Below, in pieces: positions 50,602-63,250 of a stretch of 64,000 nucleotides of DNA. The notes under the pieces were generated by a model that searched no databases, was not told the DNA's origin, and saw nothing but the letters and a program-made list of their open reading frames with translations. The stretch spans positions 113,832,001 through 113,896,000 of the forward strand of contig OX597815.1 in the NCBI GenBank assembly GCA_951406725.2, in the 5' to 3' direction. Source of the DNA: Octopus vulgaris. Lineage: Eukaryota. A program made the position numbers and the translations under genes. The first letter of the stretch is position 1; each line of letters opens with the position of its first letter.

Positions 50602-51032
50602 AACCTGTCCTCTGAACCACCCCTCCCACTGGTGCTCCCCTATATTTCTGCACCCCCACCACCACCATTATAGGTGTCTACTCTTTGAACCCCCTCTTCA
50701 ATACGCTATTCACCATGCATTACCCCTCTCTCGATATCCTACGTTCTACTTGCCTAGAACCTGTCCTCTGAACCACCCCTCCCACTGGTGCCCACACCTC
50801 CCTCTGGTGCTCCCCTATATTTCTGCACCCCCCACCACCATTATAGGTGTCTACTCTTTGAACCCCCTCTTCAATACGCTATTTCACCATGCATTACCCC
50901 TCTCTCGATATCCTACGTTCTACTTGCCTAGAACCTGTCCCCTGAACCACCCCTCCCACTGGTGCTCCCCTATATTTCTGCACCCCCCACCACCATTATA
51001 GGTGTCTACTCTTTGAACCCCCCTCTTCAATA
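50602..51032. repeat. C-rich tandem repeat, 156-174-bp unit, about 2.6 copies
   Basis: Units start aacctgtcc at 50602, 50758 and 50932 and are nearly identical. Confidence 0.95.
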
Positions 51033-51534
51033 GAATATGCAAAAACGAGGCGAGGCTGAAATAGTAAACAGAGTGGCGACTAGGGGGATCAGAATAATAA
51101 TAATTAATAAATAATAATAATAAATAGAGATACGGATGAATTAAAGTTCAAAGATTTCTTATCTTGAGATCACTTCGTTTACGGACAGACTTGGCAAAAG
51201 GAATTCGGAATCAAGAATGAGGCAGTTTACTAGCTTAAGTATGCATAGCCATGGCGGGTGGTAGGAAGAGAGGAGTCCCTGCACCCCCCCCATAAAAAGC
51301 ACCATCCGAACGTGGCCGATGCCAGACCCCTCTGGCACCTGTGCAGGTGGCACGTAAAAAACACCCACTACACTCGCGGAGTGGTTGGCGTTAGGAAGGG
51401 CATCCAGCTGTAGAAACACTGCCAGACTAGACTGGAGCCTGGGGCAGTCCCGAGCTCCCCAGACCCCGGTCGAAACCGTCCAACCCGTGCTAGCGCGGAA
51501 AACGGACGTTAAACGATGATGATGATGATGATGA
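50603..51534 (+). mobile_element. Young 5'-truncated RTE-tailed insertion
   Basis: Ends in CpG-intact ggagtggttggcgttaggaagggcatccagctgtagaaac...aacggacgttaaac(gat)n. Confidence 0.8.
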
Positions 51535-51904
51535 TAGACAAAATAATTTAATAAATTGTCAATTGGAAATGCTATCAACATGTAGACATAGGCTCTATAA
51601 AACTTTTAAATATCATAAAAGATCTAATAAGGATTTACATTAGCAACTATTTATTTTTCCTAGTAGTGATATTAAAATAAGAAGATATTTACAAACAAGT
51701 TGGTAGATAATTATAATTATTTGAGTATACGCATTTTTACACAACATAAATTATATATTTGACAAATATTAAATAGGTCTTCCTGAAATTCGAATCTGTG
51801 CACATCTAATCTACAGTAAATGGATGTTACAGTTACATTAAATTTTAAAATTTTAATTGGCATTTTCCAGTTATACAAATACAAATATAAACACAATACT
51901 TTGA

Positions 51905-52059
51905 CCACTCGGAGTGGTTGGCATTAGGAAGGGCATCCAGCTGTAGAAACTCTGCCAGATCAAGATTGGAGCCTGTTGCAGCCATCTGGTTTGCCAGTCC
52001 TCAGTCAAATCGTCCAACCCATGCTAGCATGGAAAGCAGATGTTAAACAACGATGACGA

Positions 52060-52063
<4 letters not shown>
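51905..52063 (+). mobile_element. RTE 3' tail fragment followed by (AT)n
   Basis: cactcggagtggttggcattaggaagggcatccagctgtagaaactctgcc...gatgacgatgat. Confidence 0.85.
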
Positions 52064-52111
<48 letters not shown>

Positions 52112-52758
52112 TCTTTATGCTTTTCTACATCTATGAATCACATATGGAATGCAAGATAAAATACGGGATACATATTACACAAAATTATGGATTACTGTGG
52201 AGTATTTCCCAAGGATGGATATACAGACTTCAAAAAATTTTTATACAAAAGTGTACCTACGCAAATCAAAGCCAGTAACTTTTAATTTATATTTAAAAAA
52301 AAAAACACCCTTTTCATATATTCTTTCATATTTTAAAAATAGCATTTGATTAATTATACAAACTTCACCCTCTCCATCTCTGATGAATGGAAGTATTGCC
52401 TATCAATGTTTATCAATCTTGGATTCCATTATAAAGACAGTACTTTGGTGAAACGATCGTAAGATGCATTAAATATTTAACTTTAAACTGTCATACTTCA
52501 TATTTTGTATATTTAAATATAATATATAATATATTTTTAATACATTATGTGTTCATATGACTGGTATGTGGTTATAACTTTGATATCTCACGCTAAGAAA
52601 TGCTATGGTGTGCATGTGTTTGTAAATGGCCAACATGACCTCTTTCAGAATGTAATTGAAACCTAAATTGTTCTTTCCTATAATGATAATTTTTTGTTGC
52701 TTTGTTTAAGTATGGTGGTATTTTTATAATTAATCTATCAATTTATATATTACTGCAG

Positions 52759-52842
52759 GGTGGAAAATGCTCGTGAAGATTTGAAAAAGTTATATGTTGT
52801 CCCAACCCGAACGTTACAAGAACATCCTTCTCTAGGTTACTG
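52759..52842 (+). CDS. FRMD4A: FRMD4-like exon: (T)VENAREDLKKLYVVPTRTLQEHPSLGY
   Basis: ctgcag acceptor, gtatgt donor; 84 nt, phase 2 to 2; EHPSL motif typical of FRMD4. Confidence 0.94.
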
Positions 52843-53334
52843 GTATGTAAAATCTTTTAATATTATATTACAAGAGTTTTTTTTTTCATTTATGAGTTCA
52901 TGGATTTATTGAGAAGTTGAGATGATTATTAACCTTTGGATCATGGTTTTGACCTTTATTACAGTCAGTGAGTGATAAATCTTAGGCAAATTATATCATT
53001 TGCTTGGCATTACTTTGCTTAACAGCAAAATTTAACATCAACCTTAGAGTTTAAATGGTCCAGATCAAAAACTTAAAGTTCATACTTTCATGAATCACAA
53101 TCTTTAAGATGATGTTTAACTCTTTACATAACTATTACAGATAACTTTCCATTCAAAATTGAGGTATCTACTCCCCAAAGCTGAATGAAGTGAGGTAGTG
53201 ACATAGAGTTAGTGTCTTGTTGAGCTGAGTTCAAATGTCAGTATACAAAAGCATCAGCTCTGACTCGTCAATATATGATACTACCAGTTTTAATACTGAT
53301 TCGTCTATTTGTTACTAGACTAAAAAAAAAAATT

Positions 53335-53845
53335 GTAGAGGAATCAAACTACTGGATCAGGTTATGAAAGTCATAGTACAATTAATTTGTAACAGGGTAG
53401 AGCTAAATGAAATACAGTTGGGTTCTGTTCCCGGAAGAGGTACCATGGATGTAAGCTTCCTTGTGAGGCAACTACAAGAGAAATACTTAGCTAAGAGTAA
53501 ACCACTATGCCTGGCATTCAATGACTTGGAGAAGGTATTTAACAGAGTACCATGTTCAGTGATCTGGTGGTCACTAAGGAAACTAGGCATACACAAATGA
53601 CTTGTGAAGGCTGTACAAACTATGTATAAAGAGGAACTCAGTAAAATGATTTCAGTGATGAATTTAATATGAAGGTAAGAGTCCATCAAAGCTCACTCCT
53701 CAATCCCCTCCTATTCATCATACTCTTTCAGGCCACCACAAAGGAGTTTAAGACTGGCTGTCCATGGTAATTCTAATACGTTAATGATGTTTTAATTTGA
53801 ATTTATTGGGGAACTGGAGAGAAAATTCCAGGCTAGGAAGCTAAT
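53335..53845 (+). mobile_element. RTE RT core fragment
   Basis: RGIKLLDQ...QLGSVPGRGTMDVSFLVRQLQEKYLAKSKPLCLAFNDLEKVFNRVP...VHQSSLLNPLLF. Confidence 0.88.
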
Positions 53846-54343
53846 GTTACAAAGGTTAGCATCAGGTCATTATTGTGCAGAAATGTCTATGATTAGCCAA
53901 TCGATTCCTAACACATAGATAATATGTGCTGATCATGATGCCCTTAGTTTACTGTATAGAACTTTTCTTAGACATGCAATTTCAAACTGTACCATTGCTA
54001 CCACTATGCCTAAATATTTGGTCAAATTCTTTTTCTGAATGACATCAGATATACACTCAACTATCAGCCAACCGAATTAAGTTGCATATTTTCCAACCAC
54101 AAGATATATTACCAATCTGAGCATGTTCATTTCTTATGCACTAAAATGAACTAAATGTAGACAAACAATCTTTACTACAATTTTACTTGTATTGCTAAGA
54201 CAAAACACAGTAGAAAGTTAAACAGTTAGTCACGCTTATGTGTGTGTGTGTGTGTCTGTATGTATATTTATATGCTCAAAGAAAACACTTAAAAACATGT
54301 GATTTGCTCATTTCTAATCTGCATCTTTCTTTTCATTTTTCAG

Positions 54344-54409
54344 TGAAGAGCGTGTTTTATTCCATTATCAAAAGATCGAAGGCACTTCAAGAGGTCTTTC
54401 TATTGTTAA
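54344..54409 (+). CDS. FRMD4A: FRMD4-like exon: (C)EERVLFHYQKIEGTSRGLSIV
   Basis: tttttcag acceptor with upstream ctaat branch-like site, gtaagt donor; 66 nt, phase 2 to 2. Confidence 0.94.
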
Positions 54410-54469
54410 GTAAGTCTTTTGTTATGCTACTATATGGAATGATAGTTTGGTAAAAAAAAAAAAAAAAAA

Positions 54470-55650
54470 GAATCAAAGGATGCAAGTAGAAGGAAGATGC
54501 TTGCAAGAAAATCAAAGAAAACATGGGTAGAAATGGTAAAATCTTATCTCAAGATCCTGGACTTCACGAAGGAGATGACAAAGGACCATGACAAGTAGTG
54601 ATATGCTGGGAAAACATACATAGATATGATGATGAGTATAATGATAGTGGGGCCTTGTTACGATCCTGTGTTCAATGACAAACTTTCTGATACTGTATTC
54701 AAACATGAAATTCAGAATTCCAAAGCTGCATCTTACACAACCAATCATGGAAATGTACCTCTAAGATATGTGTGTGTGTGTGAACATGAAATATGATGGT
54801 GGTGATGGAGATTGGTTTGTATAACATCTACATCACCAACAACCATTGTGCTGCTGTCTATCATTCTTCCACTCTCTTTTCCATTACTCTCAGCCATTGC
54901 AACAATATTAATCAAATTTTCATCTACCCCCCCCCCCCACTTTGTTACTCTCACATATGTCACTCACACCCTTTCTTATGAATGAAGATACCTACTGCCA
55001 TTCTCACTTCCACCTATCATGTCACCTCTGTAGTGAGGGACATCATTGCATTTGATGTCCTTATTCATTCCCCTCTTTTCCATCACCTTTATTGTTAGCC
55101 AGCTCTTTCTCTCTCACTTCACTCCTTTCCTTATCACTCATTATTGAGAAGCATTACGCTCACTTTCTTACTACCACCCATCCTCATAACTATCTATCAC
55201 TCCTTCTTTCAATACTCCCTTTATCCCCCAATCCTCTCTTTCCTCCATCACATTGCTCTTGTTGCTTCTATTCAGTCTCTATCAGCAATCATCATGTTGC
55301 TCTCTCTCTCACTCTCTCTCTCTCTCCTTCCCTCCCATTAACCTTTCAGTTATGTTACTTCTAACCAATCTCTTTACCATCAACCATCAATCATATAGTT
55401 GTCTTTCAGTCTCTCACTCCCTACTTCCATTACTCTTGCTCCTATGATTCTGGCTCTCTTCTTTCCCTATTTTTATCACCATCTCAATCTGTTCCTCCTG
55501 AACAAATATATGGAGATAATACAGAGAGAATGCTTTGGTCATGCTGAAGACAAGACAACCTCTCTAGTGCAGTGTCATAATAAAATGCATCTGACATGCA
55601 TTATAAAGTAGTTGGTAATAAGAAGAGCATCCTGCTGTAGAAACTGCAAC
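54470..55650 (+). mobile_element. Old RTE 3' end with long pyrimidine-rich 3' region
   Basis: RKTWVEMVK...LDFTKEMTKD remnant at 54480-54600, CT-rich 54830-55500, tail remnant aagagcatcctgctgtagaaac near 55625. Confidence 0.55.
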
Positions 55651-55996
55651 AAAAGTAAATGTGAAAGGGATACACGGCCCCTTATCCATCTCAGAAGACA
55701 GTTACTCCTAAGAACTGGCAACTGCACAATCTGTGCCATCATGAAAAAGCTGCTGTAGATGATTGTGTGTTTATGTTACTGTTTTTTAAATGTAAAATGG
55801 TGATAACCAGAATTGATCCTTTTTTTATTAAATGAATGTCCTATATGCTAGAGATGCAGGAAATGGATTTCTGTGACGTTCATTATAATGTTCTTTTCCT
55901 AAAGCTGTAGATGAAACAAGAGGAGTGAAATTCAGTCAGAAATCTGTACCATGTTGTATGCTTGATTCACTGCTACCTTACTCCTTACTCTATTCT

Positions 55997-56335
55997 TTCA
56001 CTGGAATGGCTTGGCTCTCCATTGCTTATGACAACAAGTGTTCCAGTTGTATTGATCAATGGAATAGCCTGCTTGTGAAATTAATGTGCAAGTAGCTGAG
56101 CACTTCACAGACACGTGTACCCCTAACGTAGTTCTCAGGGAGATTCCACATGATACAAAATGTGATGCAGAATGTGACAATGTACCCTTTGAAATATGGG
56201 TACAACTCATTTTTGCCAGCTGAGTGAATATGAGCAATGTGTAATAAAGTGTCCTACACAAGGAAACAACACACTGTCAGGAATCGAACTCAACCTTATG
56301 ATCATGAACTGAATACTCTAACCACTAAGCCATAC
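55997..56335 (-). mobile_element. tRNA-derived SINE (family D)
   Basis: ggaatcgaactc (B box, reverse complement) and ctaaccactaagccat (A box, reverse complement); related decayed copies near 7110-7260, 41400-41510 and 44410-44540. Confidence 0.8.
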
Positions 56336-58316
56336 ACCTTTACTACTCTTTACTCTATGCTGGAATATCCAGTATTTATTTTTAAAGTTTTTAAGGAAAG
56401 GGTTATAAACATCACACTTACATTTGATTTTAAGCTTAATACATAAAATATTTGGTGCAATTATGTGCTAGGCTAGTAACAGTGACTTAAATCTGTAAAT
56501 TTATGAATTTGAAAAGAGGCACATTTTAACATAAAAGTAGGTATCGCTGCAGAGCCCCATAGAAGAGGCAACAAGCACAATTTGATCATGCAAAAACCCA
56601 CTTTTTGCTTGATCATTTTCATGTCAAAATACATTATTTTCCTGTAGACAATTATACATCATTTGAAAGTTCTGAATGTGAGCTTTGTTCTCACATACTT
56701 TTGGTAAAAATCCAACACTTACATATTATGCTAGGTCCCTTCAATCACCCTCATATTTCCACTCTTTTACAACGTTTGTCCTGTTTTTGTTCTTGGCTGC
56801 TGAATTGTAGTGCTCGTTCCAGTTCAATGTGCTGGAGTACTATAATTCAATTTGTGTTGAAAATGATACTGTCATGAAACGGACACTTTTTGCTTTATTT
56901 TGATATGAAATGTCAATGGGGTGGTCTCCTTGTGTTGACATCGCGTGGTAGTTATAAAGGAGTATCAACCATACAAGTAGTGTCATTCATTTTCAATCTT
57001 CTATGAAAACATAACAGGCCTTGTGGAAATATTACCTTGCTTGGAAACGAGAAGGTTAGCAACAGGAAGGGCATCTGGTCATAGAAAATCTTGATAAATT
57101 CTGTCCAATACATGCAAGCATGGAAAAGTGGACATTAAAACTATAATGGTGATTTGGGATGAAGTATTTTTTATTGCTATCAAATTTATCTGGAACATAA
57201 TTAAATACTACAAGACATTAATACAGTATGCTACCGTTTCTGTATTCCATTACCGTTAATCATTACCATTGTTATATATTTGTTTTTCATTGCTGGCAGG
57301 GGCTGGATAATCTCACAAGGTCTCCTTGCTTGTTGTAGCCCTAGCCCTTTGTGACTGGCACATATGGTTAAAAAAAAAAATTTTTTTAAACTACCAATCT
57401 TTTTTTGTCATATAAGCTTTCTTATTTGGCATGGTTTTTGAATGATTGCTCTTCCTACCACTAATCACATGAATTTGGTGCATTTTTATTCTGCTACCCA
57501 GCCCTAAAATGGTTGTCTGCCACAACAGTAAAGAAACCTGTCTACTCTATAACAGGTTTTATTTGCAGTTAATGCTCCCCTAGATGAGTTGCATGCACTG
57601 CAGCATGCAGAGTCCTTATCTCCTCTGTTCACTTTCTCCTTCTTGATAATGAATTATATGAGTGGGAACAGTTCATTGAATCTGACTCTAGTACTTGATA
57701 GGTGCTTATTTTAAGGCAGAGTCAACTTGGATGGAAACTGATCTCAGAATGTTAAGGGATGTAACTAAATACCAAAGAGTATTTGGTCAAGTAGTCTACT
57801 TTTACAGCCATCCTAATATTAGTTAAATACGAAGCTTTTATGTGCTCACTCATGAAAATAGCAGCTAAATCTCTTGACTAACATCTTTATTACCTTAGAA
57901 CAAAATGAAATTTTGATAATACAGTCCTTTGTAAAATGCTAGGAGGACAAAACGGATGGTCATATCTAGAATGTATTTGATCGGAGGCCTTATCAGTTAG
58001 GTCTGACATGGATCTAAACAGCAACAACTTTGAGAATGTATATGTAATCAAGGAATAACGTGAAAAATAATTGAAGCAACCACTGCAGTCTAACATTACA
58101 GTTTACCCTTACATGTTTGTGTTCGATTGTTTTTCTAGTCGTATATTTGCTCCTTAATAGCAAAATCATAATAATGTGTGTAGTCACAGTCTAACAAATT
58201 ATTGTCAGTCATTCACACGCAAAGTTCTTTAAATCCACAAAAGTATTGTTTTAAATGTTATATTTCATCAAAATGTTTTGTTTGTATTGACTCTGTTATG
58301 TATATATTTTTTCTAG

Positions 58317-58374
58317 TTACATGACAATATGTGAAAGTTTGCCTACATATGGTATTCACTATTATGAAGTAAAA
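58317..58374 (+). CDS. FRMD4A: FRMD4-like exon: (N)YMTICESLPTYGIHYYEVK
   Basis: ttctag acceptor, gtaagt donor; 58 nt, phase 2 to 0; FERM LPTYG motif. Confidence 0.95.
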
Positions 58375-58838
58375 GTAAGTTATACATGATTTTTGAATGT
58401 TTAATTCTCAAGCAATTTCTTCTTTTTTTATAGTGTCTGTGTACTTTATCTTCAGTTGGAATGGCTTTATTTCTGTTCATATCTAATAACCACATTGACA
58501 CAGATCACACAACTTCCCCTGACAGTTAAACTTTCTCTTCTTTATCCTGTTCCTTAGTGGAATTGTAGCAACCACACTCTCTCTCTTTATATCTTTATCT
58601 TTCCTGCTCTTTCCAGTGAAGCTATGCATATAGGGTGAGAATGTACCAAAGTGCTTATACCCTATATTGCTAGTGTTTGAAATTAGCAAATATAGGTTGA
58701 AAAACACATTTTTTAAAACACTTTGTTCATATCTAAAGACATTAACCCTAACAGATCTATATATATTAACTCAGAACTTGGTTGATGGACTTTGGCTGTG
58801 AGTCAGACCAGTCCATCCAAAATATGAAAGAATGGACT

Positions 58839-59016
58839 TTAACTCTTTAGCATTCAGATTACTCTATTAAATGTAATGCTTATTCATTTACGTTGTTGTG
58901 AATTAATCATGCATTATCTCACAGCTTTGAAACTTCAATGATTTCAATTGTTTTTAGGATAGCCTTGTAGGAGCAGTGGGAGAGGCTGGATTTGACTAGT
59001 ATGTCCATAAAACAGA
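58839..59016 (-). mobile_element. Partial copy of the TTAA-flanked MITE
   Basis: ttaactctttagcattcagattactct...gaattaatcatgcattatctc, matching 7691-7800. Confidence 0.8.
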
Positions 59017-59208
59017 GTTTTGTGGTAATAGTGATAATTGTAGTATATCAAATTTAATCTTTTAATTTTGTTTCCTTCTTTTAGTAAACTAATTTTTTTT
59101 CATCTTCTTTAAGTCATATGTTGAATGCTGGTGCAAAAAAAAAAATTAAAGAATAATGACTAAATTTAAGTTGTCTGTCTTATTTTTTTTCCATCTTTCA
59201 ATTTCTAG

Positions 59209-59295
59209 GATAAAAAAGACATTCCATGGTGGCTTGGCATTAGCCATAGAGGTATCTCGGTTTATGATAAAACAGATAAACAGACACCTCGAAAG
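59209..59295 (+). CDS. FRMD4A: FRMD4-like exon (FERM F3): DKKDIPWWLGISHRGISVYDKTDKQTPRK
   Basis: tttctag acceptor, gtatgt donor; 87 nt, phase 0 to 0. Confidence 0.95.
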
Positions 59296-59429
59296 GTATG
59301 TAATGTTTTACTATTACATTTAGACAAATTTCCTTAACTACTAGCCAATCAGAATCATTAGCCAGACTCACAGTCACATACAGTTAAGGAAATTTGTCTC
59401 AAGGTGGCAAACTGGTAGAACAATTTAGA

Positions 59430-59838
59430 GAAAAGGGTAAATTAATTACATCAACCCCAGTGCTCAATTAGTACTTATTTTATTGATCCTGAAGGGCTGA
59501 AAAGCAAAGTTGACCATGGCAGAATTTGAATTCAGGACATTAAGTTGGATGAAATGACACTAAGCATTTTGCCCAGCATGCCGACAGTTCTACCAGTTTG
59601 CCACCTTGAGTCACATATAAAATATTGGTTTAAATTTTGGCACAGGGCCAGCAGTTTCGGTGGAAGAGTTAAATTGATTACATTGACCCCAATACTCAAC
59701 TGGTACTTATTTTATCAACCTTGGAAAGATGATAGGCAAAGTCAATGTCATCAGCTTTTGAACTCAGAACATAAAGACGGGTGAAATGCTGCTAAGGATT
59801 TTGCCCCAGTGTGCTAACCATTCTGCCAGCTTGTCATC
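59430..59838 (-). mobile_element. Two adjacent family-B SINE copies
   Basis: Units near 59430-59605 and 59629-59838. Confidence 0.85.
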
Positions 59839-60079
59839 TTGAGTCACCTATAAAATATTGGAAATCAAACATAAAAGCTTGTTCACCAAAGAATACGGAG
59901 CTCCACCTGAAATATTTAGATATGTTTCTTTTTTACAGTATACTAACATTTTTTTTTTTACTGAGTTAACTTGCCAGTATTGACCATTAGTAGACTCTTT
60001 GAATTTTGTTGATTAATTTTGATTATTATATATAAAATATCTTCCTCAAACAGTTGTCTTGTGATGGGTGTGTGTATGT

Positions 60080-60129
<50 letters not shown>

Positions 60130-60344
60130 TTGTTGTTAAGTGGGAGCAGTTGTTGTAATCCTTAATGTCGGATTGTTATAATGCCCACCTTGGTATAGCA
60201 GTATAGTTGTTAGACCAATAAAGACACAACTACTTCATACTCTCTCTCTCCCTCTCTCTCTACTAACTGATCTCACCTTATTCATAATGACTTGCATATA
60301 CCACTCATCACATGGGAGGAGTGTACCATTATTACTATTACCCC

Positions 60345-61140
60345 CATAACAACAGTATTAGTTCAAAATAGCATTATGTATAGCTCACTTAAAATAGATA
60401 TACTGTAGGAATCCAGAAAACTGCAGTATCCATCTCGAGAAAGCATCTCATATAGATAATAGAGCTAAAAAGCACAAAATTATATTAGTAGCAAATGTGA
60501 AGTGTCTAGCAGCAATGGCAGAATTGATAAATTGATATTTCTGCTTCTTTTAATGTCATCAGCAGCAAATATCTACTAGTAACCACATGCCTAGAGAAAT
60601 TTAGCCTCTACTGATATAGAAAATCAATTTATTTAACAAGCCACTGGTGCTGCAAATAGCTAGCAGGCTGAGTAAAAATTCATTATTAGTAACAAGTGCA
60701 ATATTAATTCAAAATATGGTTCTGTATATCTCACTTCGGTGGATATACTATAGAAAGCCATAAAACTGTGTTATTCCTCTTGAGAAAGCATCTCATACAA
60801 ACAGAGCTAAAAACACAGAAGTATATCAGTAGTAGATGAAAAGATAACAAAATGCTATTCTGAAGTAATACTGCTCTTGTTACTAATAACAAATTTTTAT
60901 TCAGCCTGATGGCTATTTGTGACATCATTGATTCGTTTATCACTGTTTTTCTATATTAGTCAAAAGCTAAATTTGTCTAAGTATGAAGTTGCTTGTAGAT
61001 AGTTACTACTGGTGATGCACAATGAAGCAGAAATCTAGATTTAACAATTCTACCACAGCTGCTAGATATTTTTCATCTGCTACTGATATACTTTAGTGCT
61101 TTTTAGCACTATACATCTATGGGAGATGCTCTCTTGAGAC
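60345..61140. repeat. ~346-bp unit, about 1.4 direct copies followed by a ~290-bp inverted copy
   Basis: ctcactt...gagaaagcatctcata recurs at 60384 and 60730; 60850-61140 is the diverged reverse complement of about 60433-60720. Confidence 0.85.
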
Positions 61141-61407
61141 AAATATTGCTGTTTGCTTGCCTTACATCTATGTTCAGTAAGATATGCAGAATGATGCACA
61201 CACACACACACAAACACATAAATGCAAAATAAGGTGGAAAATATAATACTGCCGTACAAACAGTAGAGTAATATGCCTTTTATTAAAGCTGGAAATATCT
61301 TCACAAACTGTTACACAGCTTCACATTACCATTTGTCAGATAGTTGTGATCATATGAACATGAAACTCTGAGTAATGATTGAAGTTTTTTTGGTTTTTAT
61401 TAAAAAG

Positions 61408-61445
<38 letters not shown>

Positions 61446-63049
61446 TATGTATGTATATTATATAGGTTTGTGTGTGCATGTGGGTTTCTGTTAATGTTTA
61501 CGTTCTGTACTAAGCTACAAATAGTCAACAGTTCTCTGCCAACAAAATATTAGTTAGCTCTACCCGTTCCATAACAAGTTGAATAAAAATCTTGAAAAAA
61601 CAGGAAGGTCATCTGGTTGTAAAACAGTGTCTCATTAATATGCAAGAATGGAAAAACAAATGTAAAACCAACAAACAAATGAACACATTGTAATATATCA
61701 AAGTGGTTTTCTTGTGACTGTTTCATATAGCAGATGTGTGTAAGTATAAATATCACATAACTTTCCTCATTCAAAATTGTGACAATGAGGAATTTAACAA
61801 CTGTATATGTTCCAACAATGAGTATATCACTGTCAGGATGTAATTTTTATTTTATACATTTCCTTCTTTCTGTATTCCTCTGGGTAGAGTGGTTTTCAAA
61901 ATTTGAATTCTTGTGAAATGCTATTTCACTGCTGTATAATCTTATGTCTGAAAGAGAGTGTTTACAGCTTATCTACTAAATTGACTGTTTTTGCGTTGTT
62001 GTTAGTATTTCTACTATTTGTCACTGTATTTCCACGCCCTGGTCACACGAGATAGAATTACCTTCTAGGTGTTAATCAATAAAAGAAAAAGATGTATTGT
62101 AAATGCACACATACATCCAAAATATATTAACACATACACACATGCATTTCTGGACTGTTGTTCTGAATAGCAGTTAACATTAGCTGTAACAGCTCTGTTA
62201 AGAGTAATGGAATTTCTTGTAATGGGAAAATGAATTTTAAATTCGGCTCACTATGAGCATTTGATATCTATAAAGAACTTTTTGTCTATGTTGAAATCTT
62301 ATTCTAAACACTCTGGTCTGTTATCAAATTTGCAGTCCTATAACTTGATAATATTATCTGCTCCCTCTTCTACTGTTCTGCTGTTATTTGATTTTATTGT
62401 AAATCAGAAGCATGTGGGTGTAGATAAATGGGTCCAAGATTCTAAACTAAAGTGGTTTAGGATATGTAGTTAGGGTGTGATGCAGATATTTTTCAAACCT
62501 AACAGTTGCCAGCTCTGTTGATGTGTAAGTGTCGTTCCTGGGAGAAATTGTAAAGCGCTGGACAAAATGCTTTATGGCATTTAGTTACTTCCCTTTAAAT
62601 TTTGAGTTCAAATCCTATTGTGATCCGCTTTGCCATTCATTAGTATTGAGTTGATGAAAATAAGTTTTAAAAAACCCACTCAACTAACAATGCTGTCTAC
62701 AGAAGTTTGTGATTATGCTCCAATATTGAAAGTCATTATTATAATCGTTGTTGATGAAAGCTATCAGTAAAGTGCCAGACAAAATGCCTTTCAGTATTTT
62801 GTTGTTGACTGCATCCCTCCCCACCAAAATATGTAGCCTTGTACCTGTGTAAGAGACCATCATTATTAATAGCATCACTTTATTGAAGACTGGATCATTG
62901 AATTAACTTTTCCTGGTTTTCCCTTCTCTGTAACTAAGCTTCAAAGGCTAAATGATATTTTTTCACCTAATGGAATATGAAGATAAGATTGCAAATGAGA
63001 GATGCTGTTGTCTCAGCGAATCAACTTTCAATATTAAGCATAAACTAAG

Positions 63050-63250
63050 GAGGCAAGCTGGCAGAATCATTAATTAGCATTCTAGCATTTCATGCAGCTT
63101 TATGTTCTGAGTTCAAATTCCACTGAGGTCAACTTTGCCTTTCACCTTTCAGGGTCGACACAATAAGTACCAGCTAAGCATTGAGGTTGATGTAATTGAC
63201 TTACTCCAACCCTGAAATTGCTGGTCTTGTGTCAAAATTTGAAATCAATA
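63050..63250 (+). mobile_element. Family-B SINE
   Basis: agctggcagaatc...ttctgagttcaaattcc...gtcaactttgcctttc...aagtaccag. Confidence 0.85.

Larger units (their letters stand above)
49720..51645 (+). mobile_element. Penelope-like element remnant with GIY-YIG endonuclease, interrupted by an insertion at 50603-51534
   Basis: REINWYTPPFSLNV...KKFFNVVKKCFPSNHKYHHIF; CSCKNKELCPLEG; NVIYKCIV...VYIGSSVNFKQRFLAHIHSF...TSLATYIHKLK; CHLCTKE; after the insertion NNLINCQLEMLSTCRHR. Frameshifts and stops are present. Confidence 0.82.

Noticed and set aside
50561-51001. 146-aa Pro/His-rich ORF
   Set aside because: It is a translation of the C-rich tandem repeat.
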